From: Bigelowiella natans CCMP2755
Lineage: Eukaryota; Protista; Cercozoa
Length of the DNA: 64,000 nt
Assembly (NCBI GenBank): GCA_000320545.1
Contig: ADNK01000571.1
Coordinates: 17,290 to 81,289 of the forward strand
Direction of reading: 5' to 3'
Under the pieces are notes generated by a model, which saw only the letters and a program-made list of their open reading frames with translations, had not been told where the DNA came from and ran no database searches. Positions 25,358 to 38,926 of this stretch are shown in pieces (positions within the stretch are counted from its first letter, which is position 1; every line of letters begins with the position of its first letter). Position numbers and translations under genes: made by a program.

Positions 25358-27268
25358 TTACAATCCGCCGCGTCTTGTTACCCCTGACAAATTTAGCCAA
25401 AATATAAGTGTCGCTTGTAGTAAACATTAAATGACCGAGATTAGAAAGGTCTCAACTCTGCTTTGGAACCTACCGCTTTTCTTATCTAAGAACTGGCGAA
25501 TATGGAAGATTTGAAAAGCTCCAATTCCGAGAACAGCCTAAATGGTATTCAATTAGGTCTCATCGGGTGCTTTAGTTCATATAGTAAAGGTCGCTGAGTA
25601 AGAGGGTATTTTAAAACAAGTCCACGGGACGAAGTTGCATCATCAAAGTAAAGAGGCAGCGCCTCGGCACAACCACTACTAATACCACCACAACCCCTGA
25701 GGCTACTTATCTATATGGTTATGCTAGATGACCAGGTTTTGCAACATGTTCCACCAAAAAACCCGAGAGTTTGTGCTTGAGTTGGCTGTAGGTGAAAGTA
25801 TAGAATCAAACTAGGAGAACTTGGACGTTTTCTTTGTCACGATCATTATAATTGATATGTATGTACATTATATATATTATGTTGCTTGGACGCGTATAAA
25901 TGCACAGTACGCGTGAAGACGTGTTTTGCATTGTACGATGCTGATGCAATATGCTCAAAACGTACTCTCTCTAGACATCCTCTCCCGAGTGATGAGATAT
26001 CTATGAATGGGAATAAGATGACAATTTTAGTAATTGTAATGGTCCATGAAGGAGATGACTTCAATAAGAATTACTGTTGCTCGTGGACAACGAACTGTAG
26101 GGACTCGCCAAGTAATAAGATAGAATTTTCCAAGGGATCCAAGTGTTCTAGATGATGAAAATGAGTTCACATAAATCGACGATGGCGGTGAATCCAACAT
26201 AATATACTCAATCAATAAAAACTCGCGCATACGCTGGTGAAGTGCAGTGTTCCAATAACGTAGTCGGTTCAATTCTGAGACACGCCCCATTCTTTATTCA
26301 TACCTTTCTTTGCAATTTCGTGATCCACGAGCGATGTGCCGACGAAGATGTTGAAGCTCACCTGGAAAATAACATTTTTAAAACAAAAAAAGGTACCCTT
26401 TTCAACATTTGGGGGGGGGGATACCGTTTTTGCCGTGAGGGTCGACTTCAAGTTGCTGAAGCAAAACTTATACAAACCTAAGTATGGGAAAAAGCATAGA
26501 TTGCATTAAGCTGTTCTCATCGTACACTTTATTGAGAAACATATTTTTCCTACCGTCTTGATTGGCCACGAAGGCGTAGCTGTCATCTGAATAGCCCAAG
26601 TTCTCATAGAGGGTTTTCCCCGAAGAATCGTACACCTTAGCAAAGTTCATGTGGAATAAGTTAGAGAGGTCAAAATTGAGAGATAAAGGGCAAGGAAGAC
26701 CAGGCAGTCAGTATTGGACAATAAAAAGAGAGAGCACACATATTGCGTGTCATTCGTACGCGGATGCGCAAAGAGAGAGAGCAAGAGGGAGAGAAAAGGT
26801 GGAGAAAAGATGGAGTAGAGGGGATGAGAGAATCAGGCATAAAGATGTCCGAAAATGTCGAGCTTTCCCCTATTTTTGGTTGATAAGTCAGTCGAACTCC
26901 GAACAGATTCTGTACATATTTCTCACCCTGAGATCTATTTCCAAAGTCCCCCCAGACGACACTGAGTAAGACCCTATAACTTTTTCACCCTAGAATGTGT
27001 TGTAGATTTTACAAGATGGTGGATATCAGTGCTGCCCAATTTCGATATGGACTCGTTCTAATCCAATTATAGTTACATTTTGGAACCCTACCCTCGATAT
27101 CGTCTCAGTAAAACATTCTTCTCCCCCAGCGCTAATCTGAGACATTGGAAAAGAGATTGAAGTTGCCGTTCATCGGTAAATAAAATCAGGCACGCAAAGC
27201 ACCTCTACAATGAAGCCCTGGGTCGCCAGCGGAATCGCTGCGAGCAGAGCCAGCAGGATTGTCGTCAT
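25358..27268 (-). CDS. TMED2: p24/emp24/GOLD cargo receptor (p24-beta, TMED2-like)
   Basis: Signal MTTILLALLAAIPLATQG, then EECFTE, YKFCFSNLKSTLTAKT|VSFNIFVG, EHLDPLENSI, RERMSRE|TNSSTNSRVFWW and FQIFHIRQFL tail. Confidence 0.9.
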
Positions 27269-27666
27269 GGGAAGGAATTAACCTAAACAGACAGCATGTT
27301 CAAAATTTAGCCGACGGAACGATCTCTGCAAATAGTTCGTACAAAATTCAACGCACGCGAAGAATCAAAAGCTCACTGTCCCCCACAACTAAACTATCTC
27401 CGGCAGTGGATGGCAAGCACGGGGGGGGATAGGCCGTAGAACCTTTTTAAGGTTTAATGGAAATTTTCAAAGATATAAAAAAATGGTTTAAGACACTCCC
27501 TCCAGGGCATTCGTTCACAAAATACATGATTTACTCTAATAAATCAGATAGAAACTGAAATTTTGAGCGCTTCGATGTCATTATAAATCTGACACAGAGA
27601 AAGGTCAATGACGACAGCGCCACTCTATGCGTTGTCGCAGTGCACTAAAAGGAGAACAAACCTTCG

Positions 27667-27764
27667 ATGAAAATTGCGGGAAACGGCAACACAGGAAAAA
27701 GGCCGTAACCTCTTGTCGCAGCACATGAAAAGAAGGTGTATAGGTGTATGAAAATTGCGGGAAA
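27667..27764. promoter_or_regulatory. Two 17-bp direct repeats (ATGAAAATTGCGGGAAA), each containing an E2F-consensus site (TTTCCCGC on the minus strand)
   Basis: Copies at 27667-27683 and 27748-27764, 25-120 bp upstream of the ankyrin gene ATG, in the divergent p24/ankyrin promoter. Confidence 0.5.
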
Positions 27765-27788
27765 GGTGCACAAGGGGGAAGAAGGAAA

Positions 27789-29116
27789 ATGGATGCCAAG
27801 GACTTAGACTCCCTCAGGAAAGCAGTTGAGGGCCAGAACACCAAATCAGTGCGGGTTGCGTTGAACGAGAAAAAACGTTTCAAGGTAATGGCGAATAGTG
27901 AACTGAGTGCTCTAAGTCCAGAGATCAACCCCCTCATTCAGGAATGACATGTTGATTGTTTCTCCCCAGGGGTTTCATCCATGCCATCTCATACCTGTGA
28001 TGAAGAAAAATGATTGGGTGTTTTCTAAAAAATCACCACTGCTCGAAGATCTCAAGAAACATATTTCGGCCAAGACTACGGGGAAACTTAAGGCCGTCAG
28101 AGAGGACTTAAAGCTACAATGGCCAAGGTTTTTAGAGGATGAGAAAGGGGAGGAAGTTGGGTACACACCTCTGCATATCGCGTGTATGTTTGGATCACGA
28201 GAGTCCATAAATGGACTCTTCGAAGCTGGGGCTAATTCTAAGGTGAGTGGCTATGTTTCCCATATGACTTGTCGAATCTCCACTTAATTATTGTCTACAA
28301 AACAGGATAAAACCAAATCTGGATGGAATGCTGTAGAGCTGGCAAGCTACCGATCCGGGATGCTGGACCTTCAGTATGATGTTACATCCAACTTTTTCCA
28401 CGCGGTTCATCTGGATCTACTACGCAAGTTCACAAAGGGGTCTGTATTAGACATCAAAGGTATGAAAGAATACCTTAAAGATAAAGAGCTAAATGAGTGG
28501 GTGGAACTCCTAGATGATCAATATGGCCAAACCAGGGATAAAAAAAATAAGAATCTCGAGTTAGAGTACGAAAACCTTATGAAAGAGGTGAATAAGAAAA
28601 TCGATCAACATACAGAGGATCAGCATAAGATTGATGCACTGCCTGACCTTGATGAGATTTACACGCTTGATGAAGAGTTTTCCGAACCGAGTGAAGAGAA
28701 GAAAGAAGGCGGACCGGTTGATAGTGAGGAAAATAGTTTGACCGCAACAGAGAAGCCAGAACGAATAAGAAAGCTGATAGAACGACGTTCCAGCATTGCT
28801 ATGATTCAAAAAAGACAGAATGTCTTTAAGTACGAGAATAAGGTGAACCAGAAGACTGGGCCTATTATTAAGCAAAAGAAGGTAATTGCGAGTTTCGGAG
28901 GAGAATAATGAAACTGTCTGATACAACGTTTCACACTAGAATTGATGTGTTGCCAACCAGATAAGTTTGAAACCCTTCACTAGAAAACGGAATTCAAAGA
29001 AGTACTTAATCTCGGATCGTCCATTATGCGACAACAACCGTTTCCAATTAGGGGAAGATTACAAAGCACTCCAACGGGTGTAAAAGCTCCTACTGTAGAT
29101 GTGTCCACACATCCGC

Positions 29117-29159
<43 letters not shown>

Positions 29160-30356
29160 GCTATGGGCTCCTGTTGGTTTACCTATTTCTTTTCAAACCC
29201 TGGCAACTTAAAGACGTTGTTGGTGGTAATCCTACAGTTATACATGAAGCTCGAGGAAGAAAGGGAACGAAGGAAGCTAGGTATCTCATTGAAAAACACT
29301 CATGGTAAATCTCTTGAACAAATATCAACATGAACCTCTACATAGAATTTCAACATCAAAAAAATGAGCTTGAGAATGAGCTTGAGAATGTAAAGAAGGA
29401 GCTTGAGAATGCTAAGAACACAAGAAGTGAAGGAAAAAAAAAGAAGTGCAAAGATGAGCTCGGAAAAGAATCAAAGAAGGGAATTCAGGATTTAAAGAAA
29501 TTGGTATGTGTTGACACACTGGCAACTGATTAATTTCCATTACGCTACTACACGTCTAGGAGAGGTATATGGGTATTTCTAGAAGGTAAAAACGACAAAA
29601 TGCCACACCAACATCCATGGTTTTTTTAAAAAAAGGATATCGAAATCTACACGGAGCTTGCCAAAATATTCATGACAGACAAAAAGGTAGCACTCGATAG
29701 ATTAGGGGAGGAGATTGGAGGCCGTGCAGTAGAATCTAACTTCGTGATCATTTAATTCCTTTGTACGCCAGGATGATGCTAGAGAAACAGAGCTTAGTGT
29801 AATTTAGATATGTTAAGATCTAGATACTACATGCTTGTGTTTGTGTGTGTGTGTGTGTGTGTGTGCGTGCGTGCGTGCGTGTCGTAAATACTTAGGAATA
29901 GATAAATACCTAGTTCTACAATGTAAAATCTTTCTTCTGATGAACGCGCTTTAATAATCAGGATATTAAAGACTTTAAAAAATGGCGCAACCGTGTTTCT
30001 GAGGACCTTAAAAAAGTTAAAGAAACAAGGGAGCAACTGGCCACAGAAACTGCAGTGGTGATGAGTGTTATTTCTGAACTTAATATGCTTGTAAGTACAC
30101 TGAGAATTCCGCTCTTAATTTGTACGCACCCGATCAGTTTCGCCACAGCCTCTGCGTCCAGAACACAATGCTACTTCTCATCACGATAGTGTGAGTGAAT
30201 TATTACTCTCTCCTGTCTGTCGCCACAACAAATGTATTGGAACCTTCACGAAATAGCGATCCGAGTATCTATATCTTCTCGTGATTCTCTTTACTTGAGT
30301 TCGCTTATATGTTTCATTTATCACAGGTGCGCGTTGTCTTTTGTATCTACCTTTGA
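27789..30356 (+). CDS. Ankyrin-repeat protein with long coiled-coil C-terminus
   Basis: GYTPLHIACMFGSRESINGLFEAGANSK|DKTKSGWNAVELA ankyrin motif, followed by K/E-rich exons (ELENELENVKKELEN; DIKDFKKWRNRVSEDLKK). The 3' exons are approximate. Confidence 0.8.
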
Positions 30357-31559
30357 GATGTAACGCTTTGAAGCAGCCTTTTGGGGAATAAGACCACCAG
30401 AAAAATGTACATTATCAGGATGCTGCTCCTACGAAAATTAAATTATGTCCAATTGTCCAAGCGATAGCATATATATTAGTGTGAGCCAAGAGCTACAAAT
30501 CATGCCCGGCAAGTGATCGAATCAATTGTAGCATCCAAATGATTAATATCTATGTATTGCTTACCCCAATCAACTATGCGATTACTCGTCCACACAGCTG
30601 GTGTGCCATAACCCGTGGTATGAAGCAAGAAAATTTCTTAGAAGATACTCACGTATTTCGCTCTCTACCACTGCGCTTCCAAGAGAACATCACAAAACAC
30701 TGACCACGCTCAAAGCCATCCGAGCCGATAAGGTAAGGGTTGCCTTGAAATTAATTTCAGACTGTATTTCCCCGTGTCATTCCGGTAGTGTAATCGATAG
30801 CGCTGAAGGTGCATCCCGGGTGAGGAATTCTACACACAGCTTTGTAGTAGCTGTAGGTTACGTGTCGTTTAAGTTTAATTGTAATAGTATACACAGAGCA
30901 GAGATATAACTTGCACTGAATAACATAGCACAGCTCGCACAAATTATGATACGCACCATGAACATTACGCAGTACAACTCACATTTCACAGTCAAAGTGA
31001 GAGCAATGTTGTGCATCATCTAGATCATGCGTGCAGTTCGGGATGCCTAGATGCATGCACATGTTGTGCTGTGCAGCAGAACATTGCGAGCCTGGTTTCG
31101 ATGCCATGCAATTTTTTGTGCCATTTTCGTAGCACGTGTCGTGCGTCGTCACAATTAGCAATAAGCAGTGTCATCACAATATTAATTTGTAAATGATGTA
31201 ACCAAGCAGTGCGTGAAAATGTTGAAAAATTGTTTCATCACATCTGCTGTGGCCAGCCAACCAGGCTAGCAGGCAGCGCCAGAGCGTGCGGTGTCCACAG
31301 AACTGTCATCGCGCAGCCACGTGCAGTGTGCGCTCTGTTTCGACACACTGCACTGCTCAGACTGGCCAATTGTGCCATTGTTTGTCAACAGTTTCCTGCA
31401 TGCACTGCTGCGCTCTCGTGCTAGCCGCACTGGACCTTGTGAGCGCGCCAGCCTGCAACAACCACACAGCTCTGGAGCTTGCAGGCACACACGCACACTT
31501 GTTGGCTAGCTAGTGAGGAATGTCTGCAATCGTGGACAGAGCTGCATGCTAGCTAGCTA

Positions 31560-32140
31560 GCATGCTGTTGTCTTGAATGAACATGATTCCAATGGAGCGG
31601 TCAAATGGATTGCCTCTAGATCTAGAAAGAATCAAATGAGCCATCTCATTGGAGCGGTGAAAAGGATCATGGTGCCACAAATGAAACAATGAAACAATGA
31701 TGAAGAACTACATTTCCAAAGTGTTGCAAGACACTTGCAGTGTGCAAAATGCAGTGCCTCGAACTGGTTTCAGTGAGGACTGTGACTAGCAAATCAACTA
31801 GCTGGTTTGCCAAAATGGCATGACTTGGTCATTGAGAAGCAATGACACTAGCGGCAAAATTCTGACGGCGCAAGACCTCCACTATGAGCAAAAACTTCCT
31901 GAAGGCCATGTCCACACGACGATCTACGATTGGATCATCTGAGGGGGCCCCCAGCAGAATTTTGGTTTTGGAGGAGTCTGGAGCGTCAAAGAATGAAGAG
32001 TGGACCACAAGCTGATGCGGTGCTCCTGGCTTCTTTTTGCCTCGGATGAATGGAAGAAGCTGATCAAGAGGGATGCTATGCCAAAACGCCCTTCTTTTTA
32101 TACATGAAAACAACCTAAAACTCTTGTCGCACATGACATA
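31560..32140 (+). pseudogene. Decayed coding relic, possibly a retroelement fragment
   Basis: Protein-like text broken mainly by TGA stops and a frameshift: HLIGAVKRIMVPQMKQ*NNDEELHFQSVARHLQCAKCSASNWFQ*GL*LANQLAGLPKWHDLVIEKQ / TSGKILTAQDLHYEQKLPEGHVHTTIYDWII*GGPQQNFGFGGVWSVKE*RVDHKLMRCSWLLFASDEWKKLIKRD. No introns or SSRs. Confidence 0.4.
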
Positions 32141-32183
32141 ACAGATACAACAATCCTCAACCGGAGGCGGAACAGACCGAACG

Positions 32184-33570
32184 ATGGCCTATCGCTTCCG
32201 TGCGTTACCCTGGAATGTTGCCTGTTACCGCCCCTGTTGCTGCTCAAATGCTACTGTTATTACTAAAGTGACTGTTGATGACAATGCTAATGGAAGCGAG
32301 GAATTGCTACGATGGCGATTAATACAGGGACTGTAAAGTGAAGTGATCATTTATGCATTATCACAATCGTAGGTGTTAGAACTGCGGGGGGGAAGCAATG
32401 TACCCTAGGCCCTTGCTTGAACGATGGTGCAACGATACTGCAGCTGGCAAAGCTTTTAGAGGGCAAAATAGGGATCCCAACAACACGCCAGAAGATCAAA
32501 TGGGGATACCCTCCGACGACAGTAAATAATGCCCAGCCTAGTGAGTCTCTCAAGTCGATCGGCATTAGATCAGGTGGAGGGATGGAGGGTTATGAAAAGG
32601 AGAGGGGGGCATTGGTATCTTTTAGCCCGTTAGGTCGATAGCACGCGATGATGATGATGATGATGATGATGATGGTGGTGATGATATCTCCAGGGGTGAC
32701 TTTGATGGTTGATGAGGTGGATCAGTCTTCGGCTTCACTACTGAAAGCGGTGTCCGAAGCCCAAACTTCATCATCATCATCATCATCTGTGTCCAGCAAT
32801 AGTACCAATGGGAAAAAGGACATGAAATCGAGCAAAGCACAGCAAGCAAACGATCAGAAGGGCGTAGGGACCGGGGATGGACATTGGGAAATGAAGAAGG
32901 TCGACACGACGACGCCAAAATTCTAGTGCAAGCTGGAATTTTATCTGATAATATCTGGAAAATACATCAGGTTGAGATCCCCGACGACAATTCTTGCTTG
33001 TTCACCGCAGTTGGGTACGTTTGTGAGAAAGGAGGAAGCCCTTCCATGAATCACGCTTCTACATTGAGACAGGTGATCATCCACCAAAAAATGGAGAACG
33101 ACGAACGACGACGATGCGGACAAACATGTCGTAATCATATAATATTATCTAGCTTTCCATTTGCGGCGTTGCAACGAATAGATGCCTTCTTACTTACATC
33201 AGTATCATCATTATCATCATCATCATCATCATCATAGCATTATTATTTATCAGGTCTGTGCTTCTTTAGCTATTTCAACGAGGGATTATTCAGAAGCTGT
33301 ATTAGGTAAGACGATGGAAGATAATGGCGATGATCATAACCATGACGATGATGATAAGGCGTACATAAACAGCTACAAATGCGTTTGTTCCCATGTGTTG
33401 CAGGTGTCGCCGCGTATGATATCCCTGATAGCTGTAGCACGTGCACTCGTCCACCATTTTTTTGTCAGGGAAAAAGCCTGATCTTTACTCCAGGGAAATA
33501 TTAAATCCTCAAAAGTGGGGGGGGGGCATAGAGCTAGCTATGCTGAGGTAATAAAGGAGATATACTCTAT

Positions 33571-33603
<33 letters not shown>

Positions 33604-34109
33604 CATATAGAACACGCATTCATTCACTGTGTGTTATTCTAACCGTATTAGCGACTACTATGCAATGGAGGTCTGTGCGATTGATGTCCAGACCCTGAAC
33701 CCCTACATCTATGGAGAGGTAGCCAGTATGCAGTTGTTGTCATCACCAACATCGTCGTCGTCGCCATAGCAAACAACCTGCCTTCACCAAATAATCTCTC
33801 ACATATCAGGGAAAGAAGTACAAAGAACGCGCGTACCTGATCTACAATGGGATCCATTATGACGTTATCGTGGGGTACTTGAATAATAATAACACTAGAA
33901 TCAACTTTTGACGGATAAGAAGAGGATGATGCAGTTTACTACATAGCGAAGAGATCATACCAAGTAGTGGTCATCTTCCTCGTTAAAAGAATCCTCTCCC
34001 TGGACTGAATGTAAAACTAGAATGATGTTGGGGTTTTGTTTTGCAGCAAATCATCATATTTCCAACTCTATACGTTCATGTGCACCTCGTTGCGTATTAC
34101 TGAGCCAAC

Positions 34110-34172
<63 letters not shown>

Positions 34173-34673
34173 TCAGCACGAAGAATGGCAAGTCTCAAGT
34201 CCGATTCGAATCCACAGATCACGATGCACTAGCCAAAGGTGATATTTGTAATCGTAGTAGCAGGAATGGGCAGGGGATCATTGTCACTCGGCATAATTTG
34301 AATAGCACGCGCCAATTATACTTAGTTGCATACAACAGCAATTTTAGGCTGCACTCGGTGCATGCACCAGCAGAAGGCATCTGGCTGCAATAGTAGTATT
34401 AGCCGGAAAGAGAGGAGTGAAGCGCAACATTCACGCGTGTCGATGCTGTGTGTGCAGTGTGAGTAAACAGTGTATGGTATTTCCTGAAGAGTGTTGTTGG
34501 CTACCATAAATACAGCTGTAGGGATTGCCAAGAAGGCTCACGAGAAGAAGAAATTCGTGAATACCGCAACATTTAGCATAAGATGCGAGATGTGTGGGGC
34601 AGGGCTCGTAGGCACAAAGGAGGCGCAGGCACATGCAGAAGCAACCGGGCATGTAAAATTCTCACAGTACTAG
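32184..34673 (+). CDS. OTU1: OTU1/YOD1 deubiquitinase (UBX-like + OTU + C2H2 ZnF)
   Basis: MAYRFR|VRTAGGK...QKIKWGYPP...LKSIGIRSG (UBXL). Catalytic IPDDNSCLFTAVGY, WGGGIEL and YNGIHYD. C-terminus FVNTATFSIRCEMCGAGLVGTKEAQAHAEATGHVKFSQY*. Confidence 0.95.
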
Positions 34674-35299
34674 CAGACTATAGAGACTTGTTATTTACGT
34701 ATAACTAGTGTCTGTATCTTCTACAACGCCCAGATGTCGTATAGAATCAAAGTAGTCGTGGCGCATAGAGCATGTTGTTCACAATCATTGACAGCATACA
34801 TGCATGTCGCGCGCATGTGTGCGCTTTTAGATGTCTAGGCAGATCTAGCAGATATATGTACAGCTTTAAAACGATTCCACATACATGTCTAGATGTGCTG
34901 AGCCACATGCGAGTAAACAAAAAGTTGCGCTTTCTAACAACAACACTAGTTTGCATTGCAGCACATATAGGCGATATTAACGCAAATGAAGAGCTAGAGA
35001 GACTGGGCTCATGGTCTCATTGTGCGATGCTACACATAGCTAGATAGAGCATCAAACCCGGATCACGCTCTCCTCGCCAAGTTAATGTGTCAGGCAAAGC
35101 TGTGCTGCGCATCACTTATCATTGCGAATGTAGACGAATCCTCTCTTTTATTAAATCAATTCAAATTTGCAAGACGTACGCTTATTATTTTAAGTTGCAG
35201 ATGCAGCTCATCTGCTTTGCGTACACGGGCAATATATATATGTTACATATATCGGTTGAGCGAGTAATAATATCAGACGCAAGCATTAGCAACTCTTCC

Positions 35300-36266
35300 C
35301 TTCCGCATCAGGAGATGTGACCTTTTCGTTCCTCGCTAGCAGCCATACTTCTTCCGCACACGTGCAACCTGAAAAAATAGGAAGGTGGAGAGAAAGAGAT
35401 AGGAGAGGATTGTGATCAAAACTCTCAATCCTATCCCGTGAATGCTCATCTAGTCATATTCCATGCCATACCAGCTCCCATTCTTTGCCCATATTCTTAG
35501 TCATCAGTCGGGAAATATTTGCCAGTTTTTCAGGCGCTCTTTCCCGGTATATTGACTCCAACTACGAAGGGGGTTGTCAGGGAGAACGTTGAAGAAGACA
35601 TTGTATCCGAGTGAATTTGTATTGGCGGCGTGTGTGTGTGTTTTGTATGTCTATGTGATGATGTGTAAAACGATGACCTCCCTCTGAGCCATCTTCGCAG
35701 CCATACGCTGCCCTTCATCACTCACTGCATCATTCGTGAGCAAATGCGATACGAAACTCAGAGAATATCCATGCATGTGAACGAAGATGTATATGGAGGA
35801 AGACGGTGCTGTCTTGACCTGCAAATGTTCGTTTCGCATCTTGCGGTAACGAGCTGGACGTCGATTGCCGAGGAATGCTGCAGATAATTACAATTAGGAA
35901 GGTGGGATGTGATGGGAAATAATAGATGGATCATTGGGGGGGGGGGGAGGGAGAGAGACCCACACAATTATGCCCCTACCCCTCCCTCCCTACACACACA
36001 CTCTCAAAACACGCACACACACACACACACAAAATGATATCACCTCTGTGATTTCCGAACACGAGAGGTGCCTCCTGAGTAGCAACAATAATGGTGATGA
36101 TGACGACAGCGACAATGAGATGACGAAAAAGTAGCTTTGAATTCAAACAGCACACAATAGTGATACTCAGATCAAAGAAGAAACGCTTTGGAAGAGCGCA
36201 GGAACAACCTGCAGCTCCCACTTCCACAGCCTTCTCAAGTCGACCAACCACCACGCCACAACTACT

Positions 36267-36302
<36 letters not shown>

Positions 36303-37390
36303 ACCTACTACTTATATTCTTGGTAATAATAATAATAACAATAATAGTAGAAAATTACCTTTAGTACGAGGTCGTCGAGAGAGGGACGCCGACCTATTGT
36401 ACCTCTTGCTGCCCGTAGCCATCGAGGCATCATCCTGCTCAATTACAAAAACGTGCGTGTGTGTGTGTGTGCTGTTGAATGAATGAACAGACCGAGGTTA
36501 TTAGATTAACCTGCTCTTTCCAATATACGTGCTTGTGTTGTGTATGTGTATCGAGACAAGCGAGGGGGGGGGATGCAGGGAGGGAAGAACGCACCTCCTC
36601 AGAATAGGCCCTCCGTGAAGGCAAGGGGCAGTTAAACCTTGTGAAAACATTTGTCATGGTGTAAGGATAATGAAATTTCTACCACTAGTAGTAGTTGTGG
36701 CAGTAGTAATAGTAGTAGTAGTAGTAGTGGTGGTGGTGGTGTATTGAAAATAAAGGAAAGAGAGAGGGAGGATGGGGGGGGGGGGGGGAGCTGTATGGCA
36801 CGTTGGTTTACTACTACGACGGAAATACCTTTTAGTGGACGACGATGGGTCATGTTCTATGTTTATTGTATGAGACTGGTTCTAAGAGGGGGAGAGAGAG
36901 AGAGAGAGAGAGAGAATAGAGAAAGAAAGGTAGGAGAGGAAGAGAAACGACGAGAAGTAATGTTAGAGAACGGAAGAGAGAAACATATGATAAGAATAAA
37001 ACTTAACGCAATCAATAGAAACAAATTCCTTATATGACAAACTATTCATGGTGTGATGATGATGATGATGATGATGATGATATTGTTGCGTTGATGGCGC
37101 GCATGCCAACTCTGTGAGAAAAAACTGCTCCTGCGAAGCCGCTATAACTCTTTCTCCCCTTGATTCTTTTCCCAGCATCTATGTGGCTTGTGGGTATGTT
37201 GATCTATACGATCCCTATCGTAACTACGACTACAGCAGCACTGGTTCTTATTCTCATACCGTTCGCCTGGTGTCATCGCTACTGGGGCTTGGACGTGCAC
37301 CACAGCTCAGATTAGCGTGGGGTGATGGTTTGCTGTTTAGTTGTTGTTGCACGCAAGGTTGAACAACTGTCCATGAAACACAAACCCACT

Positions 37391-37428
<38 letters not shown>

Positions 37429-37746
37429 GACGCACGCACATGTACGGACGTGCATGCATGCGCAGATGCAAAATACGGCCACACTCAAACGGAGCGTCTC
37501 ATCTACCGCAGCGACACATCATGAGCTCAATTCAACTGCTGTACCCTGCCCTTTCTTTCTATCATCGTCACCATCACCATCAGCAACATCATCGTCATGG
37601 AAAATATGGTTGAATTGGCGTTTGCTACAATGCGGAATCCGAGCTAGCTCTTGACGGCATTCGTGCACTAGCCTCGCTATTGTCACGAATGGGCAGCCTT
37701 GCAGGAGCAGAAACCCGCGGGGAGTTTCCTGCTGCAATTATAGTTC

Positions 37747-37783
<37 letters not shown>

Positions 37784-37844
37784 TACGTGCGTTTATGTGA
37801 TATGCGAATGCAACCATGAGGATTATCACTGTCCATAGTATGCG

Positions 37845-37879
<35 letters not shown>

Positions 37880-38241
37880 CGTAGCTCGGGAGGGGAGGCA
37901 GCTTCTTCGGCGATGGCCACAACCTCGACGGGTTTGAGCGCATGGTGGACACCAAATCCCTGAACGGCGCGGCGGCGTATGGGGTGGGGGAGACGATGGT
38001 GCTGGTTAAATAACCGATTTTTCCAAAATCTTCGGGAGAAAGAAAAGCGCTGCGTAATGATGGGGAAGGGAGCTTCATCGTCACATCATCGCGGCGTTCT
38101 CTCACCATTCACGCCCTTTGTATTTCAACAGCAAACTGGGCACATGAGACAACTTCGAGGGATTGAAATTGCGAACGAGCGCGAGCAGCTGACAGTGATA
38201 TTAGCATATAGATGAGTGATAATGATGATGGTTGATGATGA

Positions 38242-38274
<33 letters not shown>

Positions 38275-38874
38275 GTGTAAACGATGATCAGAACACCGGT
38301 AACGGTGGTTTTCTTTTGTATGATAGCTACACAATTAGTTTGTACAAAAAATGCGAATTTGTGGTCGTCGTCGTCTTCGAACCTCTCTTCTTGCCAGTGT
38401 TGCAGACCTTCATAGTGGTAGCGAGCAGCAGCGACGTCGCCGGCATTGCAGCACAAACAAGCACAAAATGCCAAATAGTGACGCAGGGAAACGTAAACAA
38501 AATACAACAACAACAATAACAACAACGACGACGACGACGACGATAATGGCTGCAAATGTCATCCTCAACGACCGACAGCACCGATATTTCTATTTTTACG
38601 GCTTATCTGCTATTTATGAGCCGTCGCGGTGAAGTGCAGTGGGTTTCCTACATTTTGTGCGCTGCTTCTCCTCCAACCAGGTCTCTTTCGACTAGGCTCA
38701 CACCTGAGGCTCGTCATCATCATCATCATCATCATTATCGTCATCATCATCACCATCGTCGGCACTAACATCATCATATCGTCTGCTATTGTTGTAATAG
38801 GACTATGAAAGAGAAATTAGCTCGAAGTGGTGTGAGGTTTTGGGTATGCAAACTCCGTTGATGTGGGAGGGGGG

Positions 38875-38926
<52 letters not shown>

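Noticed and set aside
29560-29640. Apparent in-frame TAA in the ankyrin gene
   Set aside because: It can be placed inside a GT-AG intron (~29503-29635) that joins KKL to DIEIY in frame.
31900-32110. In-frame TGA codons as selenocysteine or recoded stops
   Set aside because: Neighbouring genes use TGA as a stop, the relic also has a frameshift, and no SECIS was recognised. Decay is the simpler explanation.
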